Of a DNA stretch of 64,000 nt, positions 35,465-48,700 are shown one piece after another. The notes beneath the pieces are model-generated. The model was not told where the DNA came from. It saw only the letters and a list, made by a program, of their open reading frames with translations, and ran no database searches. Made by a program: the position numbers and the translations under genes. Position 1 is the first letter of the stretch. Every line of letters begins with the position of its first letter. Source of the DNA: Zygnema circumcarinatum SAG 698-1b (Eukaryota > Plantae > Zygnematophyceae); assembly GCA_037447605.1 (NCBI GenBank), contig CM074813.1, forward strand, positions 1,488,001-1,552,000. The letters are read 5' to 3'.

Positions 35465-38033
35465 TCTCCGGTCATCCCCCCCCGCAAACCTGCCACTTTG
35501 TCTGTCTCTCCCTTTCTCTTTCCCCTTCTTGTGTCCTTTTAGAGTCCACCGGTATTCTGGCATGTACAAGAATTTGAACTCGAGAAATATGTAGTTTCAC
35601 TAGCCATTATTTGGAAAGAAGCGCTGCTTGTTTTATAGATGATGTCCCTTGCCAGAATTAACCGGTGTGGACATATGTGAATCTCTCAGTGTAAAATGGA
35701 CGATGGTCTACACTGACAAAATTAGCATAAGTGCTTTCGTTCTGGACTGCAACAACTAAGATAAATGGTCCATGTTTATCTCATTAAATTAACGAAGGAA
35801 AAAGGGAAGGATTTACATTTTGGTCGCCTGCTCTTCCATTTAAGACATTAACTATATATGAAGCAAAGGGAACATTTTTGAATAGTTGCTGGGCAATTTT
35901 TTGTTTCCGGTGCTCTGTTGTCAAATACTTCAGATGTTGAGTTTAGAGTGATGTCAGAGTCTGTCTCGATAGCAGGCGTTGGGCATCTTCCCAAGAAGGC
36001 TTTACATTACAACAATTTCGTTATGGAGAGTTGCGCCCTTAACATCACAGGCTTGGGGATTATGAGAGTAATCACAAAAGGAACTGGAAGTTTTTTTCAC
36101 CACTTCAATACTGAAGTGAGTTTTCCTGCTTTCCGTGCCGAAATCCTTTACCATCGGAGTTAAATGGAAGAAACAGAGTGCCTGTATGAATTGCTATGTC
36201 ATTTAAGTCTAGACTGGTGAGTTTTTACTCATTGGGTAAGTGTACCTTTGATTTACCTCCTCCAACCCGACCGGTAGCCGTCTTCCCCAAAATTTCATCT
36301 TTCGCCAAGCACAGTTCGTTGTACCTTGTCAACAAGTTCTTACCTATATGCAAAGCCTAATGGACCGGGCGCGTACAGCACACAGCGCGTTGTGAAGCTC
36401 CAACTTCGAGATTTGGGGCTTCCGATATGTGACATTTTGCACTACATACATAATAGAACGCCCTTACAAGTATCCCAAGCATACCAAGGTCTAGGGCCAT
36501 CCTCATGAAGGGAAGTAATTCTGATGTAGTAGAGACTGGACCTCCACAGAAAGTACGGATTGAGGATATTGACACATTCGACAGGTCAGTAAGGGACCAA
36601 AGAGTGACGGAAGCTACACATACGTGCAATGTTGAGGAAAAGCTGTGCCCCAGCCCGACCTAGAGCAGCACCTCTAGGTTGGGGCGACCTCAAGATTGAT
36701 GTTAACTTAGCGAAACTCAATCTTCCTTCCCTATTCCCTGGCCTTATCTGCCCTTCATTCGCCACTCTCGCCCACTCACTTTTCCTCTCCCCATGCATAC
36801 TGAGATCAGTCCTATCACAATACCTTGAAAGGGTGAACAAAAAGTTGAAGCGACCACCATTCAGAAGTCGAAGGACATGGAGAAAGACATGAACAGTTTG
36901 CAAGGCATCAAAGTGAACTCGAGTCATGCCCCTTGCCTTCCTACAGAAACCACCAAAAGGAGACTGCTGGAGCTTAATGTCTTCCTCAAGGACAGCTCCT
37001 ACATGAAATAGGAAGGCCCTCAAGGTACACCGCAGCCATGATAACCGACCGAGTAAGAGAGAAAAGAAAAATCCCCGAGACTAAGAGAGAAAAAAAGAGA
37101 AATGCCTAAAGGCCCAAATGATGCCTCCCTTCCCAAGGTTCCAATTTACCTGCTCAGTACCATAACACTCCCTAGAGCAGCGAACAATTGAACGAGCTAC
37201 AGCCAGGAGAAAAAAAACGATTTACCACAATCGCCGCGGTCTCACCCACATCTGCGCTGAAAGGAATACTTGAAACAAGTTGCTCCGGAATAACACATCC
37301 ACCAATGCTCCATCCGGCTGCGGAGTTGCTCATGATGAATGCTGGCCCCTTACCAAGCCTCGTAGGAAGGCATAGCTAAATCTCGTGTGAGCACCACGTT
37401 TGCTTGCTGTTGCTTCAGTTGGGCCTTACATCCCTCCATGTACAAAGCCACAGTCCCTATGGGTATTCCGGAGCAGAACCTCACCTTTCATCCTCACCAG
37501 GAGCATGAGGTCTTTACCTGTCCCTGCAATGCACAATGCTATATTGCTATGAAGCTTTCTCCAAAGACGCCTCCAGTGGCATACCCACGGAACAAGAGAG
37601 AGCCATACCCATCCAACACATCAAGGCAGAACCTAACCATGCGTGTCCACCATTCTGACACCTAAGCTTCTACCCACGACCTGAAAATTACCAGTCTCAA
37701 GGGGCTCTTATAGATGCCACGGTTGGCGCAAGGCATGGCCGGATGGGAACTCCCACATGACCATTTTTGTTCCTTTCTAGCCAGGAAGGTCCAGCAGACG
37801 CACCTCCGCACTACTCACCGTGCAAGAGAACGCTGCCCTTTTGAGGGAGGACGATGACCAGCAATTCAAGGGAATGCGCACATCAGATGTTATGCCTTGG
37901 CAGACGATTGCCCGAAATCCAGCTGCTGGCTTTGAAAGTTTGCTCATGGCCCGCTGAGCTGCAGGAAAGATGCACTGCATTCATCCAACTTCATTATCAT
38001 GTGTCTACCTCCCCACTACACAAACTTAAGGAA

Positions 38034-41000
38034 TTACGTAGCAGCATACCTCTCACGCTCACGCTCTCTTGAACGAGATCTTTCCCCTCGGTCCTTCCGC
38101 TCACGCTCTTTTTCCCGATCCTTTTCGCGGTCCTTGTCTCGGTCCTTTTCCCGGTCCCCATCTCTGTCTCGTTCCCGTTCGCGCCGCTTCTCACGATCAT
38201 GGTCACGATGGCGATCACGATCCCGATCGCGGTGCCGATCCCGATCTCGATCACGGTCACGATCCCTATCGCGATCCTTCTCCCGATCCTTCTCCCGATC
38301 CTTCTCCCGGTCCTTCTCCCGGTCCTTCTCCCGATCCTTCTCCCGGTCCTTCTCACGATCCTTCTCCCGATCCTTCTCCCGATCCTTCTCCCGATCCTTC
38401 TCCCGATCACGATCGCGATCGCGATCACGATCTCGATCTCGCCCACGATCGCGCTCACGATCTCGAATGCGGTCGCGCTCACGATCATCATCCTTCTCAC
38501 GATCACGCCCCTTATCAGCATCCCTGTCACCCTCAAGTTCTGGCTTCTCTTCCATAACTAAATCTCGATCACGGCTTTTTTCCTTTTCAAATCTTGCAGA
38601 TTTTTCTGGTTCCCTGCAGGATGATAACACGGTCAAAAAATCACCAATTTGATCAGACTACGAAAGATAACCCCTTTCACCCAGCAAGCAACTTCAAGCA
38701 GCTCACTATAAGAACAACTCTAGCCTCTATACGCTGCGGTTAAGTACAGTGGCAAACAATAGTACAGTATGCAGCAACCAAGGTTAATTATTACCGTTCA
38801 TCGGCTCGTCGCTCAGATTCTCGCGGAGCCTCGTCTACACGAGGAGGAGCTGCTGCAATTTGCGGCTCTCTGCATAGTCAATTCCATTTTTTCGAGAATG
38901 AGTATCAGAGATGAAGAGGCAATGGAATTTAGGAATGCAAAAACTTTAGATAGCCCAGGCACTGTCCAAGGGAGACCAAGAAAGAAACGAGTAATAATTT
39001 CGTAAAACTCCTCTAAGAGGGCGCATTTAAATGATGACGATGCAGTAATGCTAAAGATGACTTAACAATAGAATCGCCCTCTTACCGGCCCGAATGTTTT
39101 TGGTTCACTTCATCGCCACCAATTCGTGTCGAACCCAATCCTCCTCCTAGGCGTCTTGGCCGCCAATTGGGCACAGTTCGACCTCTTTCAACGTCTACAA
39201 TGACGCGTCGATTATCAATCTTCCGCCCATCGGCTTGCTTGTATGCAGCTGGACAACAACGAAAACGAAATTGAAAGTCAGAAAAACAAGTGCAAACATA
39301 CACATTTGCAGGAGCTGAGTAAGGAAAGTGGGAAGAGATGTCACATTGATCTCACGATGGCGATGTCATCAAATGTACATGGACAAAATCATCATGGGGA
39401 ACAAAGAGGAACTGTTGCAAAGGACCTAAGGACAAAAGAAAAAAGCTAGGAGCGGATAACTATGCCTAGGCCCAACAATGCAGCCCTAGAAGGAAGGTGC
39501 CTTAAATTGATAGTTTTTTACTTATCTGCGGTGTTAGATAACCTTCTTGCATGCTGACTCTCAAATAAACGAACCTCAAAGAGCCCATTTCCGTTTCACA
39601 GCGAAGGATCCCCAAACAACACAATGCACAAACCAATGCTCGAGCTTCCAAGCAATGGTTACAGCGCATGCCGAATTCCAGCTGTTACCATGAACGGCTC
39701 TCTTCAGCAACGTACATAGCAGGGAAAAATGGCAAGATAGGGGAATGGGACGTACTTTTCATGTCACGAGTGTGATGGTATTCCACAAATGCATAACCTC
39801 TGGGCTTGTCTGATATCTTGTCATTCACCAGTCTCACCTGGACACACAGCGTTAATTTCAACGCAGTGAACAACTGCGATGTCAATATAGAGAAATTCAA
39901 ACAGATGAAGAGCCAGATCTGTCAAAACAAGAATGATTCTCACCTAAACACAAAGTGTTCCGCTTGGCCATTTAAAAAGCATTCAGAACAAACGCACCTA
40001 CCTTTTTTATGGGACCATAAGCCTCAAACTCACGCTTGAGCTTCTGTTCCGTTGACTCGTAACTCTGCAGCAAAGACATAAAAACCATATCAATCATGAA
40101 GGTTACAACAATTGGATTATCATTGGATTCTCAAGTAGCGAAAGTGCAAAGCTTTCGGCTAGAGCAGCAGCTCTTCCTTCTGGAAGTGAGAAGGATCAAA
40201 GGAAGAAAAACCCGAAGCCCACGCTAAACCAGGCACAAATGCTAAAGAAAATGGCAACTAAAGGAAGCAAATAGAAAGGTCCACACATGTGGCTTACAAT
40301 TCTTGCAACAAAGAGGGTCTTGTAAGGATCACCATCAACACTTGGATCTTTTGTTGGATCATCTGCATAAAAAAAAAAAAAAGTAAGGGGCAAAAAGCTA
40401 CATTTAGAGTTTAGATTTCATGTAGGGACGCTTCCGCGAGTTGATTACATTTCCGAAAAAAAAAGCCACTGCAAGACCACGAAGTCGACCCGAGACTGAA
40501 GACAAGACATCGCACAAGAAGGGTCAAATTACAACAACTTACATTTCTCCAGTTCCTCCTTCACTTTCTCCGCACCCCTTTCAATTTTTGCCTCTCGAAT
40601 GCGTGCTTTACGTTGAGCCTGCACAAGGTACAGAAACAATACAGCCGTACAATACTCATCTTCTATAATAGTACGAAAATTTCCAAAGTATAAGCCTATT
40701 TAGACTTTTCGCCAAACATGGTGCAACTCCATATGACATGCGACTGCGCTTTAGCTACAACTGTCTCCAAACCACATAAGTCCTTGTCAAGGTGCTTCAG
40801 CTTACAGGTGTTTCTCCTTTGGTTACCGGCGGGGAGTACTCCGGCTCACCAGGCTCAGCAAATTTCTCAACAAACTGTGCCATTCCTGCAAGAGCCAAAG
40901 GCATTCAAGTGTTACGTGACTCACGCAAAAAGGAAAAAAAATGACAGGAGGCGGATTCTTATTCAGTCACAGCAACGATGAACCAAACTTTACTTTTCAA

Positions 41001-41388
41001 ATCAAGCCGTACTACAAATCTTGAGGCGCCTTTAAGGATGCATGTACCTTGATAAGCAGGCAGCTTCCGCTTTTCCGGGGGCGGCTTGAATTCGAGTTCT
41101 GGCCTTGGCTCAAAAAGTTTGAGAAGGTTCGCAGTTAAGCCAGTCTGATGGCTCTGACCAATCTGTTGAAAAATTCCACAAGCTCTCGGCAAAAAGGTTC
41201 AAAGGTGCAATACAAAGAAACCGCAGACTCATGGAACAAGACGACTTCCAGGAGGCAAAGCCTTCAGAAAACGGGCTTCTTTCCGAAACGAATGCGCATA
41301 CCAGCTTAAGCTGCTGCACGGTGGCACGATTTTGCGCTTTGGTCCTCGGCTGGCCTCCGACATCCCTCCTATCTCCATAGTCTCCCAT
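38034..41388 (-). CDS. U1-70K: U1 snRNP 70 kDa protein (3' end uncertain)
   Basis: [48 protein letters not shown] (RNP1), [21 protein letters not shown], long RD/RE tail. A possible donor GAGAG|GTATGC near 38050 may add a further exon. Confidence 0.95.
38273..38404 (-). repeat. Coding tandem repeat, 11 x 12 nt (DREK)
   Basis: Units G(A/G)TCCTTCTC(C/A)C on the plus strand, within the U1-70K tail. Confidence 0.9.
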
Positions 41389-42732
41389 GGCTTCGTGCCT
41401 TTCTTAAGCCAATATCTCAACCGTACAAGGAGAGAAAAAAGGGAAATATGAGTGAGAGAGAGAGAGAGAATACGGGAGAGGGAGGAGGTGCGTTACGAAG
41501 CCATCTGCTCAACCCTTCCAGAGCCCTTCCAAAACCCTAATCCATGGCGCCCGGGCCAGCCCCGCAGAGCTGCAGCACTCCAGGAATCCACCAGACGGTC
41601 GTGCCGAGCAGGCTTCATGTTGATCGTAGTCCACTTTCGGGCGGGTACTCACGATCAACTCTGCAGCATCTAAGTGGGTTCCACTATCGTGGATCTACTA
41701 GATCAACATTTCTAACTGGATCGACAGAAACGCCGGGTCGCCGTTCCACGGGCCGTTCAACTGGAACACTTGCGACCCATGCGGTCACTTGCCTTGCGCG
41801 CAGTTTGAGTGCGGGCCGTTCCATGTTCGAGCCCGGCAGCGGGTCGTGGACGATCGTACAATTTGACCCTTCGGGTTCGGGGCGTCGTTTTCCATTTCGC
41901 AGACGTTTGGCCGAGTATTTTTGGCCCGGCGCAGACTTCTTGTAGCGGTACTGTACGGAAGAGTCGTGACTCGTGAGGGCACTGTACGAACATCACTGGA
42001 GTACATATTCGTACAGGCCATAGTGCATCACAGTACGAAAGCGTACCAGGCCGAATGGGCGGTCTAATGGGCACGGTCAAAACTTGACAATCTTCAACTC
42101 TACAATGTTTCAAATCTTTTTGTTTCGAACATGGCGTAACGAGGAAGAAGAGAGAGAGAGAGGGAGAAGAGAGTGTGAGTACTGTATCACTCGCATGCTC
42201 ATGATTGGGAATGTTGCAGGGATGGGGGGAGGACATGCGATTGCTGATGCGATGCCCTCCGTCCCTCATGGTGGTACGCGATGTAGTTCTGTCAGTCCAC
42301 CTACAGCGGGATTGTAACAGAGACAGAAAGGAGCTGGCTGGGACGGATGGCGGCATTGGACGAATTTGACGAGGTGCGTGAAGATGCAGGGCATGAGTTT
42401 GATGCACTCACTGACTGGGAACAGTCAAGACTGTCATCAGGCAGGGGACTCTGCTGCTTTGGATTGCCCGGCAGCCATAATACGTCAGTCCAAGACTCTG
42501 CCATTGTTGCTGCTTCATTAGGATGTTTAAAATTTTCAAAACGAGGGAGGAAATGAACACATCTGCAGGTAGTTCAAGGAGGCTCAGAATCTTTAGAGTG
42601 ACATCAAGAGAAAGAGGGGTTCCGAGCTGCACAATATCACCACATGGAACAATTTACAGAATGCTCCAATTTTTTTTTTCTTAGACTAGACTAAACGCAT
42701 GCATTCGCATTCGGTTAAATTGGTGACAGGAT

Positions 42733-45700
42733 ATGGATTATGAAGAGTTTATCTTGGAAATTGACAGAGCTTGCGTCAGTCGCAAAGCTGCTGCCAGTTG
42801 TGGTGTAAGCGGAGGCCCGAGGACGACAGAAATGTTGCCAGACCCCTTTCGCAATGTGAAACCAAAGTCTGTAAATATGGAAAACTCTCCACAGCAGCAG
42901 AGTCTGCGGCGCTGCTGGAAAAGCCATTTGAATCCTGAAGAAATTAGCAACTTTTCTAGCAATGAAGGCAAGCAGCTTCTACCAAAAAAATTTGCAGAGC
43001 TCAAAAGTGCGCAGAAAAAACCAATAATCTCCAAAGGGTTTCTTCAAGTCCTAGCCACGCCAGCTCAAAGTATGCCCCCTCCTACCAGTGACCATAACAA
43101 CAGAGGGGTAAAAAACGAGCCATTCACAAAGTATCCGCCACAGAAGAGCAAGAGAGAACTCGCTCCAAAATGGGAGTTTCCCTTGGAACTCGATGACAGT
43201 CATCAATTTGACAAGATCGCTGGAGCAAGATGGATATACCCAGGTGATCTTTTTGCAGCAGCAATAGGATAAGCTGGTTCAGGTTAGGCAGTGGGGATTC
43301 CATGTGAGGCCATTCTTGCCTTACTTGAACGGCTGTTGAATAGCAGTCCTTTATTGGTCAGGTCATCTGACATGCATACCTTACTTCAATCTAGTATTCT
43401 CAAGCCAGAAGCTTCAGGTGCTCGAGTAAAGGCTGTTCTGCTGTTACTCCACCAGCCTGCCCTGTATTTGCCTTGAAATGCTTTTTTTCATCAAATGATC
43501 TGCTGAAAGGTGTCTGTCCCGGGCAGTCTCTCCTGACAGGCCAAAGCGCGAATACCAATTTCGCATCACCGAAAAGGCCTTACTTACGAACACACTGGTT
43601 TGCCTACCTACTGGGCTTGGAAAAACACTTATTGCAGCTGTGGTCATGCTCAACTTCTTCCGCTGGTTTCCGAAAGGCATGTTCAGGAGCCCACAACTTT
43701 TGAATGATGATTCACCATTTATTCGTCACATGAAGCAATGATGCTTCTTGCACAGCAAGGACGGGCTTGGTTGATAGTCTATGAATTTATGATCACCGCC
43801 TGAACAGTTATTCTTAAAGCTTGCTCAAGTTAAGGTCATTATAGTATGCGAGTATCTGCAAGATCCTAAAGCTCATTGCACTCGTGAAGGCCTACGAAGG
43901 TTGCGGTTGAAGGAGGATACTGTATGACGTCTTTTTTGGACTGTTTCTTACGGATGAGGATGGACCTCGTTTGAAGTCATTATGGAAGCGTGACTTCAAC
44001 ATGAAGCATAGGTGAATGCTGAAGGTTTGTATGAAACTTGTGTCTATTTCTGCAGGCAAAATTGTTTTCTTGGCACCCACGAAACCACTCGTGAGCCAAC
44101 AAATGGCAGCATGTCATGGCATTGCACGAATCCCAGTGGTACTTCCATCCAGCCCAGTGATGTAGAATGTGATAGTTTGGGACATTTTTTATCTGGAAAG
44201 GCCAAAAAGTGAATACAAGGCTGAGTAGTAGCAGCAGTACAGTACTCATCCTATTTTAAGCACCAGCTGTGATCTCATTAACTTGCGGTCGGATAAACGT
44301 AGATGTTTGCTGTAGTGCTCAACCCGTCTAGAACAATGTTATTGGGATTAGTGTCTTATTAGTTTATCCAGGTTCAACATAGCACCAGCCTCAGTTACAA
44401 ATGCTTAAGGTTATTACCTGTCAACCTGAATTGCCCCACGGAGGCCTGCCATACCCGTAGTTTCAGTGTACGGAAAGCGGGCCTCTGTCAGACGGCGAAC
44501 TTCTGTCGATTCCATTGTCTATCCTGTTCTTGTCAGTAAATGAGGACCTGTCCAAGTTGATGGTAATTTGTACAAGCTCTAGCAGTTTTCAGACTAACAG
44601 AGATTGTTTTCTTGTTTGTGACGTTACCTAAAAGTTCCTAGCATGCTCGAGTAGCTTAAGTGATAGCATTTGAAATTTGGTATCCGCTTAAGCACCATTC
44701 TCAGAGGTGACTTATTTTTTCTCAAATATCCATATCCAGCAGTTTATGCTTGCCAAAGACTTGCTAAAATCTCTTTTGGAGCTTGCCAGGAAGCCATGGT
44801 TTGCATGACAGGCAACACCCCAATAGAGGAGCGTGCGACATTGTGGCAGTCGAAGAGTGTGTTCTTCATGACCGGTCAAACGCTGCAGAAGGATATAAAA
44901 GAACATCGTAGGTTTACTACAAGACATGCGGTCAATAAGCCTCAGCTTGCCTGTTTGCACCATCGCACGGGTGTGAGCGAAGTCGTATGACGTTGTTGTT
45001 TGGAGTTACTTTTTTGCTGGTAGTTCGGTCATTTGACTAACCACGTCATGTGCATGAAGGGCAGGGATTTGTCCTCATGAGGCCATTGTTTGCCTGGTGG
45101 TGGATGAAGCCCATAAGGCATCTGGGAGGTATGCCTACTGCATTGTTGTGGAAGAGGTAAACTGTCCTTCCTCTTTCAGGATGAGAGAATGCCTCGTGGA
45201 CTTAATGCTTGAAGAGAATTCCCTACAGCCACGATAGCTGCTTTGCCAATAGATTTAACTGAGCAGCGGTCGAAAGTGTGCTTTTGTAAGAAAGCCACGA
45301 GCTTGAGGTTGGGGTTGTTTTTCAATAGGATGTGGGTGCCACTGTAACACATCTAAGAAACAACAACCAGAAAATTAGTTGATAATTAATATTTGATAAT
45401 GCGCATGCTCCTTTGTTGCAGCTTGTGAAGGCGGGAGTGAGGTGCAGAATTCTCGCACTGACAGCGACCCCAGGAGGTGGGCTACCAGCCCTAACCATTT
45501 CTTAACGGTGTTTCCTTGTTTAGGTCTCAGACCCTCAGAGCTCAGTGCAGGATGTTCTCATGTATGACCTTTCTTGCTTTATCCATGAGGGCGTGAGTAG
45601 TCGGGTAGGCCAATTTTTTTGCCTCTTTGTGAGTTTATCAATTCCGTCTTCCATTTTCGTCTCATGTTGTGAGAGGCCATCAACGATGATGGAAGTGCCA

Positions 45701-48700
45701 AGTTCAGCATTCATCCTTGTCGTGATGCAGCGACTCATGACAAGGTGCAAGAGTTGGTGGACAATCTGCAAATTTCTAATCTCGAGCTCCGTGATGAGTC
45801 TGACGTGGATGTTCGACAGTACACCTTTCACAGAGTGGAGGAACTTAAGAAGGTGTGAACTCCTCCATCCAATATCTCTCGATTTAAAAAATGAAGGCTT
45901 TTCAAACTTTCGCGAAACAATGTGATCGTAAAATGCTAATTTGCAGTTCACAGTACGTGACGTCTGTTGGAAGCTGTTGACCGTAAAGCAGCTTCTATTG
46001 TTCCAGGTGCCGGTGCAATCCGATATGAAAGAGATCGAAAACCTCCTTCATGAGGAGTTGCAAGTGCATACGAAATACCTTATGCAAGCTGTGGACGCAA
46101 GAATCCCTTCCCTGGTACGGCACAGCCTCAGTCCCGTCTGCCCGTTGATGGTAGTTTGGTCTTAAATATTTCACCTTCAATGGTAAGAGGGCTTAAAGTG
46201 TTTCAACTCGAACTGTTATTGGAACATAGTCCATTCTGTTGATGCAAAACTTGCCATGCAATTATGAACCGGAGGGCAGTTGTATCTCTATCAGGCATTA
46301 TAAGGCTAAAAAGGAATGAAAACCACCAGAAATAGGCGTGTATGCATGGCGCATTGTATCTAAGGTCTTTTGATGGATCAAAGTATCCAGAGAGGAATTG
46401 AATAGCTTTGAAAAATCACGTTAGGCTTTTGGGCTGTTTCAGTGTCATTCATACGTGCTTCAGATGAAGAAGGCCGAGTTTGAAAAGGCGCGTATGGACG
46501 AGGGCGGACTTCGAGAAAGCGATCAGTACACCCTCCATTCATTCGTCAATGCACATTTTTTGGCCCATCTTGCGGAAACTTTACTCGTCTATGGCACTGG
46601 CTCTGCTTTGAAGAAGTATCTGGAGAACAAGGACGGAAGGTGGGTCAGATCACTATTGAAGGTACAGTGGGTTTTCCACTGCTTGTGTCCAGTTGTCCTC
46701 TGTACGAAGTTTAGCAGATAGCGGATACTTTCAAAGTCTTAAGAATGTTACCGGCAGCATGCATGTTTTGATTTCCTCCCCAAAGTGAGTTATTGCTTTC
46801 AGTACTAAGCACCTGCTCTCACTTTCAGACAAATGAATGTTACGTATTACAGTTTTACAGCGTGTTGCATCTGAGTATGGGTAAATGAGGTCTTTTGTGT
46901 TTAGTACTGAGGAGGAAGCGGAACAACAGTCACCGAATGGATGAAGTGTATGCTTGGCAGAGTAAAGCTGGATAGCCCGAAGCTAAAGGAGGTGTACCGT
47001 CGCATGCTGCGGATAAGGGAGAAGGGGCTCGCTAGTCCTAAGCTCACCGAGCTTGAGACTGTCGTTCTCAAGCATTTCAGTATCCAAAGCGCGTTTCCAA
47101 GAGGTTGTGAAAATTTAGACAATCGATAGTATGTGTCTAGTTTCTCCATTCATGTTTCATGCCCATCTTTGAAAGGCCACATGTACTCTTAGGTCTCTTT
47201 GATCCGTTGCAAGGCCATGTGATGGGGTTCTAATTGAGATTATGAAGCTGGCTGACTTTTAGATACAAAAGTTAACCATTTAGTTACTCATTTAAAAACC
47301 CATTGAGTCTGGTCGACTAGTAAACGTACATTCGATCCTTGACAGACATTAGAGAAGATGGGACCGGACAACACCAAAGTGATTGTCTTCACCAACTTAC
47401 GAGAGAGTGTGATGTGAGTTTCTCTTCACCTTGAGTTGTTGCTGAGTTTTTCAACTTTTCAACTTGATGCTCTCCCAATGATTTTTTTGTGTGAATGTTA
47501 CGTTTATGTCTATTTCTGAAAAGGTGAACTTCCTTACACTCTACCAAATAGCTTGTGGTTTTTAGCCCTCAACAAAGGCATCATAACAGTGTTTGTGCTA
47601 TGTTTTCCCAACATGATTCTTGGGATTTATAAAGGATTTTCCAATGCTGAAGATCCTTTTCTGCTTAGACTCCCTACTTGCTGAATGACTTCTGCTTAGT
47701 GGCACTACTATAGGGCTTTATTGGGCTTCAAACCTGACTGGTCTTCTCTCAAATGCGTGGCAGGGAGATCGTGGATGTGCTAAATGCCAGACATTCTGAA
47801 GGAGTGAAGGCAAAGGAGTTCATTGGCCAGCAGACGGGTGAGTTTTAAGTCGGGCAACCTCCTGCTCTCAGAACTCTAAAAACCCCAAAACGACAACGGC
47901 ATGGTTTGTATGCCCACTAGCCACTATCGTGTCTGAGATCGAAGTTGTGCTTTCAAACAAGCTGGAGAGCCTGCTGCCTGCCTGTCTGGTTGCAGCTGGA
48001 TTCATTGAATGTTATTTGGTTCTCCAAATAACATTCAATGAATGTGTGTCTGTGTGTGTCTCTTGCAAATCCTCTTCGTTTCAATGCGCTTTAGTCAACT
48101 TTTGGAGTTTGGGATGAGTGTTTGCCTCTACTTGTGGGCGATTGCCGTTATGCCGCAGGAAAATTCAAGGGCATCTCTCAAAAACGACAAATCGCCCTTA
48201 TCCAGGCAAGTTATGTCTCCGATTGCTTGATCTGCAGTCTGAAGTCGAAAGCAATGTGTGTTTCCCTTTTGTTGAATGTCTTGAAGTCTTTCTTCAGCAG
48301 CGTTTTGTTTCCATTTCATGGTTTACGTTTACGGAAAACATGCGTGTAAAATCTGAGGTGATATTGTTTCTGCAATGGACGATTCGAGCTCAAAGTCCTC
48401 TTTAAGTTGGGCTAGTATGTGGGGCCTCATGAAAAGTCAATAACCCCAACTGAATTCTGGCATTTGTACGCCGAGAAATGTTGCTTGCTAAGTCAGCAGG
48501 TTTGTTGCTATTCCATGCAGGACTTCCGTGAGGGCCATTTCAATGTTCTTGTGGCTACCTCTATTGGAGAAGAGGGCCTAGACATCAGCCAGGTGGACCT
48601 AGTCGTAGCATTCGACTGCATGTCGGTCGGACGAATGACTCAACGCATGGGAAGGACAGGGCGGCAACGTGACGGCAAAGTCAATATCCTTCTCGATACA

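Noticed and set aside
35390-35475. Long poly-C/poly-G tract and the Pro- or Gly-rich ORFs crossing it
   Set aside because: Spans an N gap; length unreliable and ORFs are low-complexity artefacts.
35600-37990. Hidden gene between Tic22 and U1-70K
   Set aside because: Short ORFs without motifs or a consistent exon chain; probably UTR, intron or intergenic sequence, though a U1-70K terminal exon may lie here.
37999-38652. Separate SR-protein gene on the plus strand, and the poly-ILLP and PDPS frames
   Set aside because: Stop-free shadow frames of the U1-70K repeat; no RRM or splice structure.
41544-42407. ORFs and a possible MITE in the U1-70K/FANCM spacer
   Set aside because: No recognisable domain and no convincing TIR/TSD pair; consistent with a GC-rich promoter region.
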